The notes under the pieces were generated by a model. It did no database searches. It worked only from the letters and a program-made list of their open reading frames with translations, and was not told the DNA's origin. Made by a program: the position numbers and the translations under genes. A stretch of DNA of 64,000 bases, from IMG/VR virus record IMGVR_UViG_3300029288_000071, positions 32,001 to 96,000 of that record; one strand, written 5' to 3'. Positions 32,649-42,752 of this stretch are shown piece after piece. This stretch comes from a virus. Taxonomy: Duplodnaviria > Caudoviricetes. Numbering within the stretch: the stretch's first letter is position 1; each line of letters opens with the position of its first letter.

Positions 32649-32722
32649 TGCCCGTTGTAGGTGTCGAACCCACTGTCTCTTCGGTGTAGACGAAGCGCTT
32701 TATCCGGATAAGCTAAACAGGC
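32649..32722 (-). tRNA. tRNA-Val(TAC)
   Basis: CTTCG-TCTACAC-CGAAG. Confidence 0.82.
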
Positions 32723-33285
32723 AATTTAGGAACAATATAAATTACACCAACATTATCTCCTTCAGACTCATTGTTATACCAATATTCAAAATTTTCTCCG
32801 TAAATTTGGTTAACTAATTTTTCTATACTTTCCCATTTATAAACAAAATCATAAAAAGTATCAAATTTAAGTTTAGGGTTGTTTGGATTGTAAAAATCAT
32901 GTATTACAATAATTGGTTTAACTTTACAGTGTTCTGCTATTATTTCTAATTCTTTTGAAGTTGGAGTATCATAATAACCATGTGCATCTAAGAAAAACAA
33001 ACATCTATCTTTTATTTCATCTAAAAGTTTTGGAAGTATTTTTCTTGAATCTCCTAAGAAAAAATTAATATTTGAAATTTTGCTACAATTAATTTTTGCT
33101 TGATCAAAATGTTTTTGTTCTACTTCTATTCCATAAACTTGTTTAAAGTTCTCTGATAACCAGGTTGATGTACATCCTATATGAGAACCTGTTTCAATAG
33201 CAGTATCAATATTGAATTGATCTCTCAATTTAATAATCATTTTTGCAACAAATCTATCACCACTAAAATAATCTACTTCATTCAT
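32713..33285 (-). CDS. class I SAM-dependent methyltransferase-like protein
   Basis: IETGSHIG, GDS, FFLDAH, IVIHDF. Confidence 0.75.
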   Translation of the reverse strand: MNEVDYFSGDRFVAKMIIKLRDQFNIDTAIETGSHIGCTSTWLSENFKQVYGIEVEQKHFDQAKINCSKISNINFFLGDSRKILPKLLDEIKDRCLFFLDAHGYYDTPTSKELEIIAEHCKVKPIIVIHDFYNPNNPKLKFDTFYDFVYKWESIEKLVNQIYGENFEYWYNNESEGDNVGVIYIVPKLPV

Positions 33286-33334
33286 AATAATAAATATAAA
33301 ATATTAAGTATTAAATGTAAACAAAAATTTTTTG

Positions 33335-33408
33335 TAGGCCCAGAAGGTACCGCCCCTTCTCCTCCCGGTTAAAAGCCGGGTGCTTTCCACTATTAGAGCT
33401 TTGAGCCC
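33335..33408 (-). tRNA. tRNA-Lys(TTT), GGCGGUA T-loop
   Basis: CCCGG-CTTTTAA-CCGGG. Confidence 0.8.
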
Positions 33409-33824
33409 AACATTAATAACCAATCTTTTTCATTAAATCTGTTACTTTCTTTTGTTCTTCTATAACTTTTTGTTTTTCTTCAGTAGCTTTATATTTTGCT
33501 GGACGGATAGCTGTATGATGTATATCATAGCAAATTGCTGGCTTTTTACAATTTTCACATGGGCCTCTGCTTCTTGAAGCTATATCTGCCCAAAAATCAT
33601 CAATATTAAATTTTTTAAGACATTCATCACATAAGAACATTTTAACCTCTTTCAGAATATTTCTTTTTTAGATACTGTCCTCGTAACTTTTTATCTTTAT
33701 AGTGTCTCCACTTATACAAAATAATAAGTGGATCATAGGCTCTGTTCCAATTCTTTTCAAAACCTCTACGACAGCGTTTTGCTTTTACACCATTTCCGAA
33801 AATCATTCCTATTAAATTCATAGG

Positions 33825-33900
33825 TCGGCATAGTAGGAATTGAACCTACCTAAACTTGCTTATAAGACAAGGCGAATGCGACCAGCTTCGTTTTATGCCG
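33825..33900 (-). tRNA. tRNA-Ile(TAT)
   Basis: CTTGT-CTTATAA-GCAAG. Confidence 0.75.
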
Positions 33901-34247
33901 GATTTTACCATCTATCAAGAGGATCTTTTTTGCTAAAACAAAAATAAGTTAATCCTACAATCATATAAATTATTAACCCTATAGCAACTAAATCTCCAGG
34001 TTTCATGGTATCTCCTTTTTAATTTATCTATGATTGAATTACATATACATGATGCAAATTTTCATATTCTTCTTTGGCTTGTTCTATATCTGTTTCTTGA
34101 ATAACTTTTTCTGTTAATTTTCTATCTTCATGTTCTTTAGGCTTCCATCGATTGGAATGCCCAGTTTTATGGGGTTTACATAAAGGACAACTTCTTCGTT
34201 TATTCTTTAGTTGTTTTCTCATATAGATTTTCGTTTTTACTAATAAA

Positions 34248-34389
34248 TGGTGGAGCCATCCGGATTTTACCAGCATCTCTCTACTTTCATGATAGAGCGT
34301 TCTTTAGACTTCAAAATAGTTTAATGAAATATTTAATGGCTTAAGCCAGTATTTCAGCCATTAAGCAATCTAGTTTGAACTATGACCCC
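34248..34389 (-). ncRNA. Ala-type tRNA-like RNA with a large D-loop insertion
   Basis: GGGGTCA/TGGCTCC-ACCA acceptor with G3.U70; GTTC/GAAC D-stem around an ~70-nt loop. Confidence 0.6.
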
Positions 34390-34396
34390 GTTATTG

Positions 34397-34468
34397 CAGA
34401 CCTAAGTGGTGCCGCCCCACTATCCCTTGGTTCAAAGCCAAGTGCTTCTACTGTTGAGCTATAGGTCC
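34397..34468 (-). tRNA. tRNA-Gln(TTG), GGCGGCA T-loop
   Basis: CTTGG-CTTTGAA-CCAAG. Confidence 0.78.
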
Positions 34469-34686
34469 ATTTTCTAACTTAAAAACGCTTGTTTTATGTT
34501 GAACAATTATAAATTTTGTGTGACAATTTTTACATTCATAAGGATCATTTTCATCAATAGAAATAAACAAATCATCATCACCATAATCAAATCCGCATTC
34601 AGGACAGTATTTAAGTGCTAAAAGTTCTTCTTCTTCCCAACTTTTCCAAAATTTAACTTTGTCTGTAATATCTATTTTATTCATAG

Positions 34687-34770
34687 TGCGAATATAGGGA
34701 CTTGAACCCTAACGAGATTTCTCTCACTGGCTTCTTAGACCAGCACGTATTCCAATTCCGTCATATTCGC
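34687..34770 (-). tRNA. tRNA-Leu(AAG)
   Basis: Type II, CTGGT-CTAAGAA-GCCAG. Confidence 0.83.
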
Positions 34771-34775
34771 GTTAG

Positions 34776-34848
34776 AGCACCATAAGGGAGTCGAACCCTT
34801 CTATCTGGTTTGGAAGACCAGCTCCTAAAGCCGCTCGGACAATGATGC
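34776..34848 (-). tRNA. tRNA-Gly(TCC)
   Basis: CTGGT-CTTCCAA-ACCAG, U73. Confidence 0.85.
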
Positions 34849-35269
34849 GTTTATAGATATTTCTTAATTAAATATTTCTTATTTATTTTAAATTTTTTCA
34901 ATGTAGAATCTGGAACATCCCAAGGATATTCTAAAACTGGATATTTTTTTATACACATTACGATTTTACCACATTTGGGACATTTATGCTCATATCGAGC
35001 TAATTCTGCATCTGTTTTTTCCCATCCTGTATATTCTACAATACCTTTTTTACATTTTTCACATATCCAATCATGTGAAAACATTTTGAATAAAGAATAT
35101 TTATGCATTTTATTATTTTTCTTGTTTGTTATTTTTTATTTCAAGTTCAGCTTTTAATTTTCTATTTTCAACAAGCAAATCTCTAACTTGTTGAGCATAA
35201 TCAGCTCGAAGTTTCAGTTCTGCTTTAAGCTTTTCAATTTCTTCTTTGAGTTCAATAAAAGTCATTTTG

Positions 35270-35346
35270 TCCGCTCAGTTGGAGTTGAACCAACGTGTGA
35301 CCGTCTACCCTTTCAACGGCTTATCAGACCGAGGGGATATGAGCGG
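35270..35346 (-). tRNA. rearranged tRNA-like gene, Ile(GAT) anticodon
   Basis: Perfect acceptor and T arms; anticodon hairpin sits 5' of the GG-containing loop. Confidence 0.55.
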
Positions 35347-36208
35347 GTTTTTCAAGTTGTAAGCTGGATTGTTGTTTTATTTTTTATCAAATCAACAAGT
35401 TTATTTAATCTTTTCTGTTCTTTCTTTAATTCTGGCATTAATTTCATATTATGTCGTTTGTAAGATGCAAATGCTGTAGAAAGCCAGCTAATATCACTTT
35501 CATCATCAACTAATCTTGTTAAGACTTTAAGCTGTGATAACTCATTTAATGTAACTACTTCGCTATCTGAACAACCCCAACAAAAAGTATCACTACAACT
35601 TAATGTTAAGACAGGATTACTGTCATAGTAAATTGTTTTATCTTCTCTTTTAGCATTCCAATCAGATTCTTTTTTGCTTTTTACAATATGAATAAATAAT
35701 CCGTGATTTTTGAAAAATTCTAAAACTTCTTTTTCTTCATCTTTTAAAGAATTATACCATAATTCTAAAATAGCAGCTCTAGTTGTGATATCAGAATAAC
35801 ATGCATTCCAACCATCTTCCCATTTAGTTCTTTCTTTTGAAGATACTTCTTTACCTTTTTCATCAACTGTTGATGTTTTAGCTGGATATATTCCTGTTGT
35901 ATCTAAAACTTCTTCTAAAAAATTCATACATCATATCCTATCTTTTGCATTAATAATTCTATTTTCAAATCTTCATCTTTAATATCATTGATAGAAACTC
36001 TTTTTTGAGTTGCTGTTATTACACTTTGTTGAGTTCTTTGAATCTGCTTCACATATTTTTCTACGTATTTCGATAATTCCCTTGGTTTGAGATGACCAAC
36101 ATCTATATAATAGATTTTGCGCGAAGAATCAATTTTATGTTCATATAATTTGTTTTTATAAACTCCAGGAGTTTGAATTCCATTTAACATAAAAATTTTC
36201 CTTTTTTG

Positions 36209-36281
36209 TGGTGACTCTCGGTACCGCCCCGAGTTCTACGGTTCTTCAGACCGTCGCAATGGCTTCACCTGCTCAGTCACC
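36209..36281 (-). tRNA. tRNA-Phe(GAA), GGCGGUA T-loop
   Basis: ACGGT-CTGAAGA-ACCGT. Confidence 0.8.
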
Positions 36282-36878
36282 GTTTTTACTAAAACCATCT
36301 ACTGTATATCCTAATTTATACATTAAGTTTGTACAAGGATCTTCTAATAACTTATTTAATTTCTCTTGTTTTATAAAAATAGCTTCTCGTCTTATTTGTT
36401 CAGATTTTTGTTCAAAGAATATAGCAATTTCATCTTTATTTATACGATTATTTTTATAACCATTTAATGATACTGACCAATTTAATTCATAATTATCTGA
36501 AAAAGTGCATATAAACTTCAAATCTTCTAGATCACTTGAAAAACTAATAATTCTCCATTCAAATTTCAAGTTTGGAAATTCAGCTTTCATCATTTCTAAA
36601 ATTGATTTTTCAAAAATGGGCCAATCACAAAAATCATTAACATTTTTTGCATCATTCCAATATTTAGAAACAGTTTTTTCTTGTTGTCTTGTTAACCAAG
36701 CAATATGTGCTTTATCTTTTTTCATAACCCATCTTATACATTAACTGTTGTATAGGGTCAATTTCTTCAACAACTTCAACTTCTTCTCCAAGATAATATG
36801 GTTTTTTTAAAGAATTAAAAAAAATTGTTGGTTCAGTGCATTTTTTTAAATAATCATTGTATGTCATCTGTATCATAG

Positions 36879-36952
36879 TCGGTGTAGCTGGATTTGAACC
36901 AGCGATTTCTTGGTCCCAGGCCAAGCGGATTTCCGGGCTTTCCTATACACCG
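36879..36952 (-). tRNA. tRNA-Pro(TGG)
   Basis: C1-G72 cloverleaf. Confidence 0.85.
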
Positions 36953-37173
36953 TTTTTCTTCAAAAATTCAATTACATAATCATAATCTGTATGGGGTAAA
37001 TTACATTCACTACAATCTTTATTCCCATCTTCTGTCATAGAAAAATTACCACCGCAATTATAATAATCATACAAGGGACAGTAGCAGAACATGCAATTAA
37101 GTTGTGTAATTCCTTCATGACAAGGATAATATTCACATTCTGTATTACAAAAAAATCTTTTACTATTTTTCAT
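36943..37173 (-). CDS. cysteine-rich small domain protein
   Basis: FFCNTECEYYPCH...NCMFCYCPLY...CGG...DCSECNLPH. Confidence 0.75.
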   Translation of the reverse strand: MKNSKRFFCNTECEYYPCHEGITQLNCMFCYCPLYDYYNCGGNFSMTEDGNKDCSECNLPHTDYDYVIEFLKKNGV

Positions 37174-37175
37174 AG

Positions 37176-37246
37176 TAGCGCATAAGAGTGCCGCCCTCTT
37201 GTTTCCAGCTTGAGAAACTGGTATCTTTCTGTTCGATCAATGCGCC
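37176..37246 (-). tRNA. tRNA-Glu(CTC), GGCGGCA T-loop
   Basis: CCAGT-TTCTCAA-GCTGG. Confidence 0.75.
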
Positions 37247-37252
37247 AATTTG

Positions 37253-37441
37253 TTATAAGATAGTATTACCTTCTTTGATAATTTTTGAAATTTTATTTTT
37301 CAGATAATTGTTTTTGAAACGATATTTTTTTAAAATTCTACGTTCATGGTGATTTAGTCTATTACCTTTTCCCTTACCAATATAAAAAGGTATAGTTGGT
37401 GTTTTAGATGAACAAAGTTCATATGTATAATATTCATTCAT
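37253..37441 (-). pseudogene. truncated GIY-YIG-like endonuclease
   Basis: YYTYEL...PFYIGKGKGNRLNHH, ends at 62 aa. Confidence 0.55.
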
Positions 37442-37445
37442 TTTG

Positions 37446-37521
37446 TACTCCTAGAGAGATTCGAACTCTCATGATAACTTGTTTAGAAGACAAGTGACTT
37501 ATCCAATTAGTCCATAGGAGC
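37446..37521 (-). tRNA. tRNA-Arg(TCT)
   Basis: CTTGT-CTTCTAA-ACAAG. Confidence 0.87.
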
Positions 37522-37854
37522 ATTTAATAACCAATTCTCTTCATTAAAACTTCAATTGGATTGATAGTTATCTTATTATCTGTTTTAATGTGAAATTTAT
37601 TTATAAAATCCATATAATCAAATTTATCAGAACTATTTCGCAATTCATCAAGTCTTACATTTTCTACTTTAACTTGACCTTGATGTCCGTATCTATCTTT
37701 CGTCACATAGCATCTAATTTGAAGAATATGATCATTAGTTAGAGGTTGATATACATCTTGAATATCACCTACAAATGTAGCATATTCTATTTCTCTCTGA
37801 TCAAGTTTTTCTTGAACATGCCAGCATTCATGTATCTTCATCAGTTTCATTTTG

Positions 37855-37929
37855 TACCGTGTATGGGAGTCGAACCCATAATCTCCATCCTTGAAAGGGA
37901 GGTGTGCTTGGCCATTCCACTAACACGGC
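37855..37929 (-). tRNA. tRNA-Glu(TTC)
   Basis: Bulged anticodon stem, loop CTTTCAA. Confidence 0.78.
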
Positions 37930-38212
37930 ATAAATAAATTACTTAATGTGTTTAAACAATATTGATATTTTTTCTTTATCATTACTCTTTCCAACTACTT
38001 TATCGAAAAGTCTTCCTAAAACGCCTGGACGAGAAACAACAATAGTCATATTTTCAGCTAGATTTGTTCCTTGTAAATTAGTAATAAATTTTTCATCAAT
38101 TAAATTTGATAATATTATTTCTTTAACTAGATTTGCAAATCTAGTTAAATCTTCAGCATTGTAAATATATTCTGTTGTTACCATTTGTTCATTCCTTTTA
38201 TAATTGTTTTTG

Positions 38213-38298
38213 TCGGAGTGGAGAGATTCGAACTCTCAAGTTCAGTAATGACCGTGGTTCCAAGCCACGAGGGCTCCCAGCTACCCGCCTACACTCCG
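38213..38298 (-). tRNA. tRNA-Pro(TGG) with long variable arm
   Basis: CGTGG-CTTGGAA-CCACG plus extra arm. Confidence 0.75.
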
Positions 38299-38308
38299 AA
38301 TATTTTTG

Positions 38309-38383
38309 TGCTTCTATTGGGATTTGAACCCAAAGTCTTACGCATTAAAAGTGCGATGATTTAGCCAGTTAATCTATAGAAGC
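38309..38383 (-). tRNA. tRNA-Lys(TTT)
   Basis: CGCA-CTTTTAA-TGCG. Confidence 0.82.
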
Positions 38384-39091
38384 ATTTTTATAACCCATTT
38401 TCTTCATCAATATTCTTATAGGATCGGTTTCAATTTTAGATTTTATTTTTTTATTTTTATTTTCAGGATGATAATCAGGATGATATTTATGTGCTCTTAT
38501 CATTCCATCCCAAAAACCATCATTAACATAATCACGCCATTGCTGTTTAGTCATTGTGCTTCTTCACATCAAATTTTACTGTAAAATAACCACTAATAAA
38601 AGAACCTAAAACTGCTGGAATTAACATCCATTTGTTTTCAACATAACTTAAAATAACTCCTGCTCCCATTAACCAGAGTATTGCTCCAAAAATTGCTGAA
38701 CTAAGAGCTTTACCTTGAGCAGTTCTTCTCATCCATAATACCCAAAGAAATTCTGCAGTAGCAGTTAAAGTAAAAGCGATTATTGATTGTAAGATCCAAT
38801 TCATTTTTGAATAGCCTCAATTTGATCTGCAGTTGCTTCTAGTGAAATTTTTAGTTCAGGTCTAGCAGTATTAAAATAATGATTTCCAATTTGATGAAAA
38901 TTTGGATTACATTGTACATTCCATTGCAATAATCGAATATTTATCATTCTCCAAGCCATTAGATCTCTGAAAAAATCTCCAGTAAATTCTAAAGTTCCGA
39001 TTATAATTAGATCTTTTTCTTTATCAATGATAACATCAAATTCATCAGATTCAGCTTCATTAGTCATAAAATCATCTTTCTTATTTTTTTG

Positions 39092-39174
39092 CGGAGGATG
39101 AGGGACTTGAACCCCCACAACCCGAAGGTACTGGTTTTCAGGACCAGGGCGATACCGTTACGCTTTAATCCTCC
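39092..39174 (-). tRNA. tRNA-Ser(TGA)
   Basis: Type II, G73. Confidence 0.83.
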
Positions 39175-39869
39175 AAATTCTTATCAATCCCATCCATGAC
39201 ACCCACAATAAAATTCATCAAATTCTAAGCCGCCAACACAAGGTTCAAATTGCTTTCCATTATGTTCACATAAAGATTCCATTTTCTTTTTACTATTTTC
39301 GTAATAACCAGTTCCACCTTGAGATGGATGAGCATCAGCAAAATAGAAACAATTTTTACATTTAGATTCATATTTAGAACCTGGGCCTCTATATTCAAAA
39401 AATGCTAAATTTGGTGATGAATCTCTTTCACAAGTGCAAGTTGAACCACATTTTGAACATTCAGACTTATGAGTTTGTTTTCCATAAAAACCGCAGCGAG
39501 CCTTTCTGTTTTTAAGCAATTCTTCTACATTGTGTTCTGTATCAATTTCAAAACAAGAACAAATAACACAAGCAGGTTTGTTATTACTGATAGAATTAGC
39601 AATATGTCCGCATTTCATTAAAGGTTTATTCATATCCCATTTTTCTCATTAATGTAACTATTTCTGCTCCACCATGTCGTCTAATTTGATATGCTTCATG
39701 TAAAGCTTTGTAATTTTGTTGAACAGCAAATGTTGCTAAAGGATTTCCACAACAATGAACATTTAAAATACTTGATTTATATCTGTTTTTATAATTTCTT
39801 TTCCACCAAGCTTGTTCTTTATTCTGTTCTTTTTTCCATTGTTGTATGTCATAATTTATCATAAAGTAG

Positions 39870-39944
39870 TACCGATGTAGGGAGTTGAACCCTATATTTT
39901 TATAGATTATGATTCTATTGCACCAACCGTTATGCGCCATCGGC
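39870..39944 (-). tRNA. tRNA-Met(CAT), elongator or Ile2
   Basis: ATAGA-ATCATAA-TCTAT. Confidence 0.75.
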
Positions 39945-39953
39945 ATTTATTTG

Positions 39954-40025
39954 AGCCGAATACCTGAATCGAACAGGTGACTGAGCTTTACAGGAGCCCC
40001 ATTTTTCCGATTAAACTAATCCGGC
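39954..40025 (-). tRNA. tRNA-Thr(TGT)
   Basis: Cloverleaf. Confidence 0.83.
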
Positions 40026-40339
40026 AAAAATTATCTTTGTGTACCACATCTTTTACATTTACTTCCAAAGAATCCAAAAAAATGACCTCCATTATATTTT
40101 TTGTATTCATTTCCATCTTCCATTTTCTGATAACTAATCCAGCTTAAGTTTTTCTTTACAATAGCCATTTATAAAATGATTTCTTAAAAATAATTGAACA
40201 TTCCAAGCAACAGATTTATATAAACATTCTTTACATAAAAAATAATGATTCCCATTTTCATCAAATTCTTGAATCCAGTCAGGATCTTTTTGAAAATATC
40301 CCATTTTTATCATTAATATTTCTACTTCAGATTTCATTG

Positions 40340-40410
40340 AGCTCTATCTCGGTTACGCTCCGAATTTTGATCCTTACCAAAGATCTGTTCTGCTATTAAA
40401 CTAATAGAGC
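40340..40410 (-). tRNA. tRNA-Thr(GGT), AGCGUAA T-loop
   Basis: GATCT-TTGGTAA-GGATC. Confidence 0.75.
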
Positions 40411-40414
40411 ATTG

Positions 40415-40488
40415 TGCTCATTAAAGGATTTAAACCTTTGGTCTCTGTCTTGTTAGGGCAGCGCTTTCATCAGCTAAGCTAAATGAGC
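40415..40488 (-). tRNA. tRNA-Val(AAC)
   Basis: Loop CTAACAA. Confidence 0.75.
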
Positions 40489-40492
40489 AGTT

Positions 40493-40568
40493 TGGAGCGG
40501 GAAACGGGGCTTAAACCCGTGACCTCATGCTTGGCAAGCACGTGTTCTATCAACTGAACTATTCCCGC
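40493..40568 (-). tRNA. tRNA-Gly(GCC)
   Basis: GCGGGAA acceptor, encoded CCA. Confidence 0.88.
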
Positions 40569-40838
40569 AATAAATTTTTACAACAACTCCAGAAGTAATT
40601 TTACTGCTACTATCAATAAAGCATCCAGGTTCAACTTCATAACCCATTTTTTTCATCATTTCATTAATCTTGAATTCTTCACTAGTAAGATTTTTTATAT
40701 ACCAAACTGATTGATTCTTACTAATAGTTTCAAATTCATGTTCTTTAAAATTTGCTGAAGTATCTTCCATGGCTTAATCTAAAACATTTAATTGATTTTG
40801 TAAATAAAAATCTGGTGCATCTACTGAGAGTCGAACTG

Positions 40839-40910
40839 TGGATCCAAAAGGTACCGCCCCTTTTTCTGTAGTTTAAGAGACTACTGCATCACTGTTAATG
40901 CTTTGGATCC
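40839..40910 (-). tRNA. tRNA-Lys(CTT), GGCGGUA T-loop
   Basis: GTAGT-CTCTTAA-ACTAC. Confidence 0.8.
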
Positions 40911-40946
40911 TTTTTGCTTCATTTAAACAGTCTCTAATTTTTTAAG

Positions 40947-41029
40947 TGCGTATGGAAGGATTCGAACCTCCAATGTCCCTAAGGAGTCTGCTCTACAGGC
41001 AGGTGGGCCACCAGTTGCCCAACATACGC
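40947..41029 (-). tRNA. tRNA-Tyr(GTA)
   Basis: Type II cloverleaf. Confidence 0.83.
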
Positions 41030-41112
41030 ATATATGTCCACAATCTGATTTTGTTTCGTCATCATACCATTTAATTTGATCACATATTTCACATCTTATT
41101 AATTTTATCATG

Positions 41113-41192
41113 TGATCTCGAGGCGATTCGAACGCCTAATTGCAGCTCCAATTACGATTACTAGTTTCGAAGACTAGCTCGGCTACGAGACC
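41113..41192 (-). tRNA. rearranged tRNA-like gene, Arg(TCG) anticodon
   Basis: Same architecture as 35270-35346. Confidence 0.55.
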
Positions 41193-41196
41193 AAAG

Positions 41197-41280
41197 TGGC
41201 AGAGATGAGACTTTAACTCATATTGCTCAAGACTTATCTAGAAAGTTACTTAAGTGTTTTTTCTGTTAAACTACCCTGCA
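41197..41280 (-). pseudogene. degenerate tRNA-like sequence
   Basis: Acceptor, D and T remnants; disrupted anticodon arm. Confidence 0.4.
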
Positions 41281-41475
41281 TTTTAATAAATGGTTGCTTT
41301 AACATCATCAAAAGATGATCAAAAGTTATATGAGAAAAAGACATCCAACTATTTGATTTATCAAACGCAATACCATAAATTTTTCTTTTTGGAATTGAAC
41401 AAATTCCAGTACTTCTTAATAGATGCATTCCTAAAAGTTTGCTTATTGAGAATTTCTCTTTTTCTTTTTTCATAG

Positions 41476-41549
41476 TACACTCAAAGGGATTTGAACCCTT
41501 AACCACCAGTTTCGTAGACTGATGCTCTATCCAGTTGAGCTATGAGTGC
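41476..41549 (-). tRNA. tRNA-Arg(ACG)
   Basis: Canonical cloverleaf. Confidence 0.9.
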
Positions 41550-41550
41550 G

Positions 41551-41622
41551 CTGCTAAAAAAGGATTTGAACCTTTGACTCTTCTTTCAGAGAGAAGTGTT
41601 TTACCAATTAGACTATTTAGCA
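41551..41622 (-). tRNA. tRNA-Gln(CTG)
   Basis: U1-A72, CTTCT-CTCTGAA-AGAAG. Confidence 0.83.
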
Positions 41623-41915
41623 ATTTTTTCTTTATAACCCATTTGATTCATGATATTTTTTATCTGTTGATCTGTTTCATATTCTTCAGAAAAAGTTATT
41701 GAATCAGGAGATACCCAAATAACATGACCAATTTTAAAATATGAATCTCTGTGTTTTTGTATAAGTTCAATGAGAATTTTTTGTTTTTGAAGGATATTAT
41801 TCTTTCGATAATCACGAACTTCTAAAATTTTCCAAAGACCAATTTCATCTCCTGAGTTACTAGGAATGTCATTAACAGTAGCACCAACATGTAATTGTTC
41901 ATATTTCATAACTTG

Positions 41916-41988
41916 CGGTACTGAAGGGAGTCGAACCCTCTCCGATCTCCGTGACAGGGAGCCATCTTAGCCGTTTGACCTCAATACC
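41916..41988 (-). tRNA. tRNA-Asp(GTC)
   Basis: Loop CTGTCAC, G73. Confidence 0.83.
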
Positions 41989-42552
41989 ATTTTAAATTTG
42001 ATAACCCATTTTTAACATTAATCTATTTATATCGTCACTTTTTATTTTTTCTTCTTCAATAAAATATTTTGCCCAATCTGATAGTTGATGAGAATCTTTA
42101 TCTTCATCAATTAATTCTATTTCTTTTTTATTACTATGATCTTTATATCCTGTTCTACCTTTCCAAACTTTATAGAATTTTCCTTTAATGAAACTTGGAT
42201 GATTTTCTGTATCCATAGTCAATGTTTTTGTACAATAAAATAATTTATCTTTCATCATATCCTATTTTTTTCATTAAAACTTTTGTATATAAATCAATAT
42301 CATCAGTTTTCAATAATGTGAAACAATTCCATTCAAAACAACAATAAGGAAATTCTTTTATTTCAACAAGCTTATCAGCATAAATTCGCTGAATAGTATA
42401 AGTTTCTCCAATTTTTATTATTTTATGTATTTCTGTGATTATGCTATAACAAAACTTATTTTCTGTACAAACAACTGTATCTCCTTCTTTATAAGGAATT
42501 TTTAGATTAGCAAATTTGATTCTGAATGTTAATTTATCATCATTCATAGAAG

Positions 42553-42625
42553 AGCTCTTACTCGGAGTCGAACCGAGAATCTATCTTTACGAAAGATAAA
42601 GTTTGGCCAATTAACTTATAAGAGC
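42553..42625 (-). tRNA. tRNA-Thr(CGT)
   Basis: TATCT-TTCGTAA-AGATA. Confidence 0.83.
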
Positions 42626-42630
42626 ATTTC

Positions 42631-42744
42631 GCAGAAGTAATAAAATTCATTGTGGTTTTACCTGCGCTCCTATTGACCAAACCAATGTATTTTATTCAAT
42701 AATTCTGGATAAGCGCATTACCCATAATTAAATTTTACTTCTGC
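42631..42744 (-). ncRNA. rod-like hairpin RNA of unknown class
   Basis: GCAGAAGUAA/UUACUUCUGC terminal stem; inner UGCGCU/AGCGCA. Confidence 0.45.
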
Positions 42745-42752
42745 AAAATTAT

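Noticed and set aside
37855-37929. UCA suppressor/Sec tRNA or stop-codon recoding
   Set aside because: Best pairing centres the loop on TTC (Glu); long genes read intact in code 11 and use all three stops
40813-40837. Additional tRNA
   Set aside because: Only a 3' fragment (partial T arm and CCA) remains
25575-41506. ORF-track starts lying inside tRNA genes (e.g. 25611, 30207, 36924, 39118, 39946, 41506)
   Set aside because: More plausible ATG starts lie just past the tRNA 3' ends
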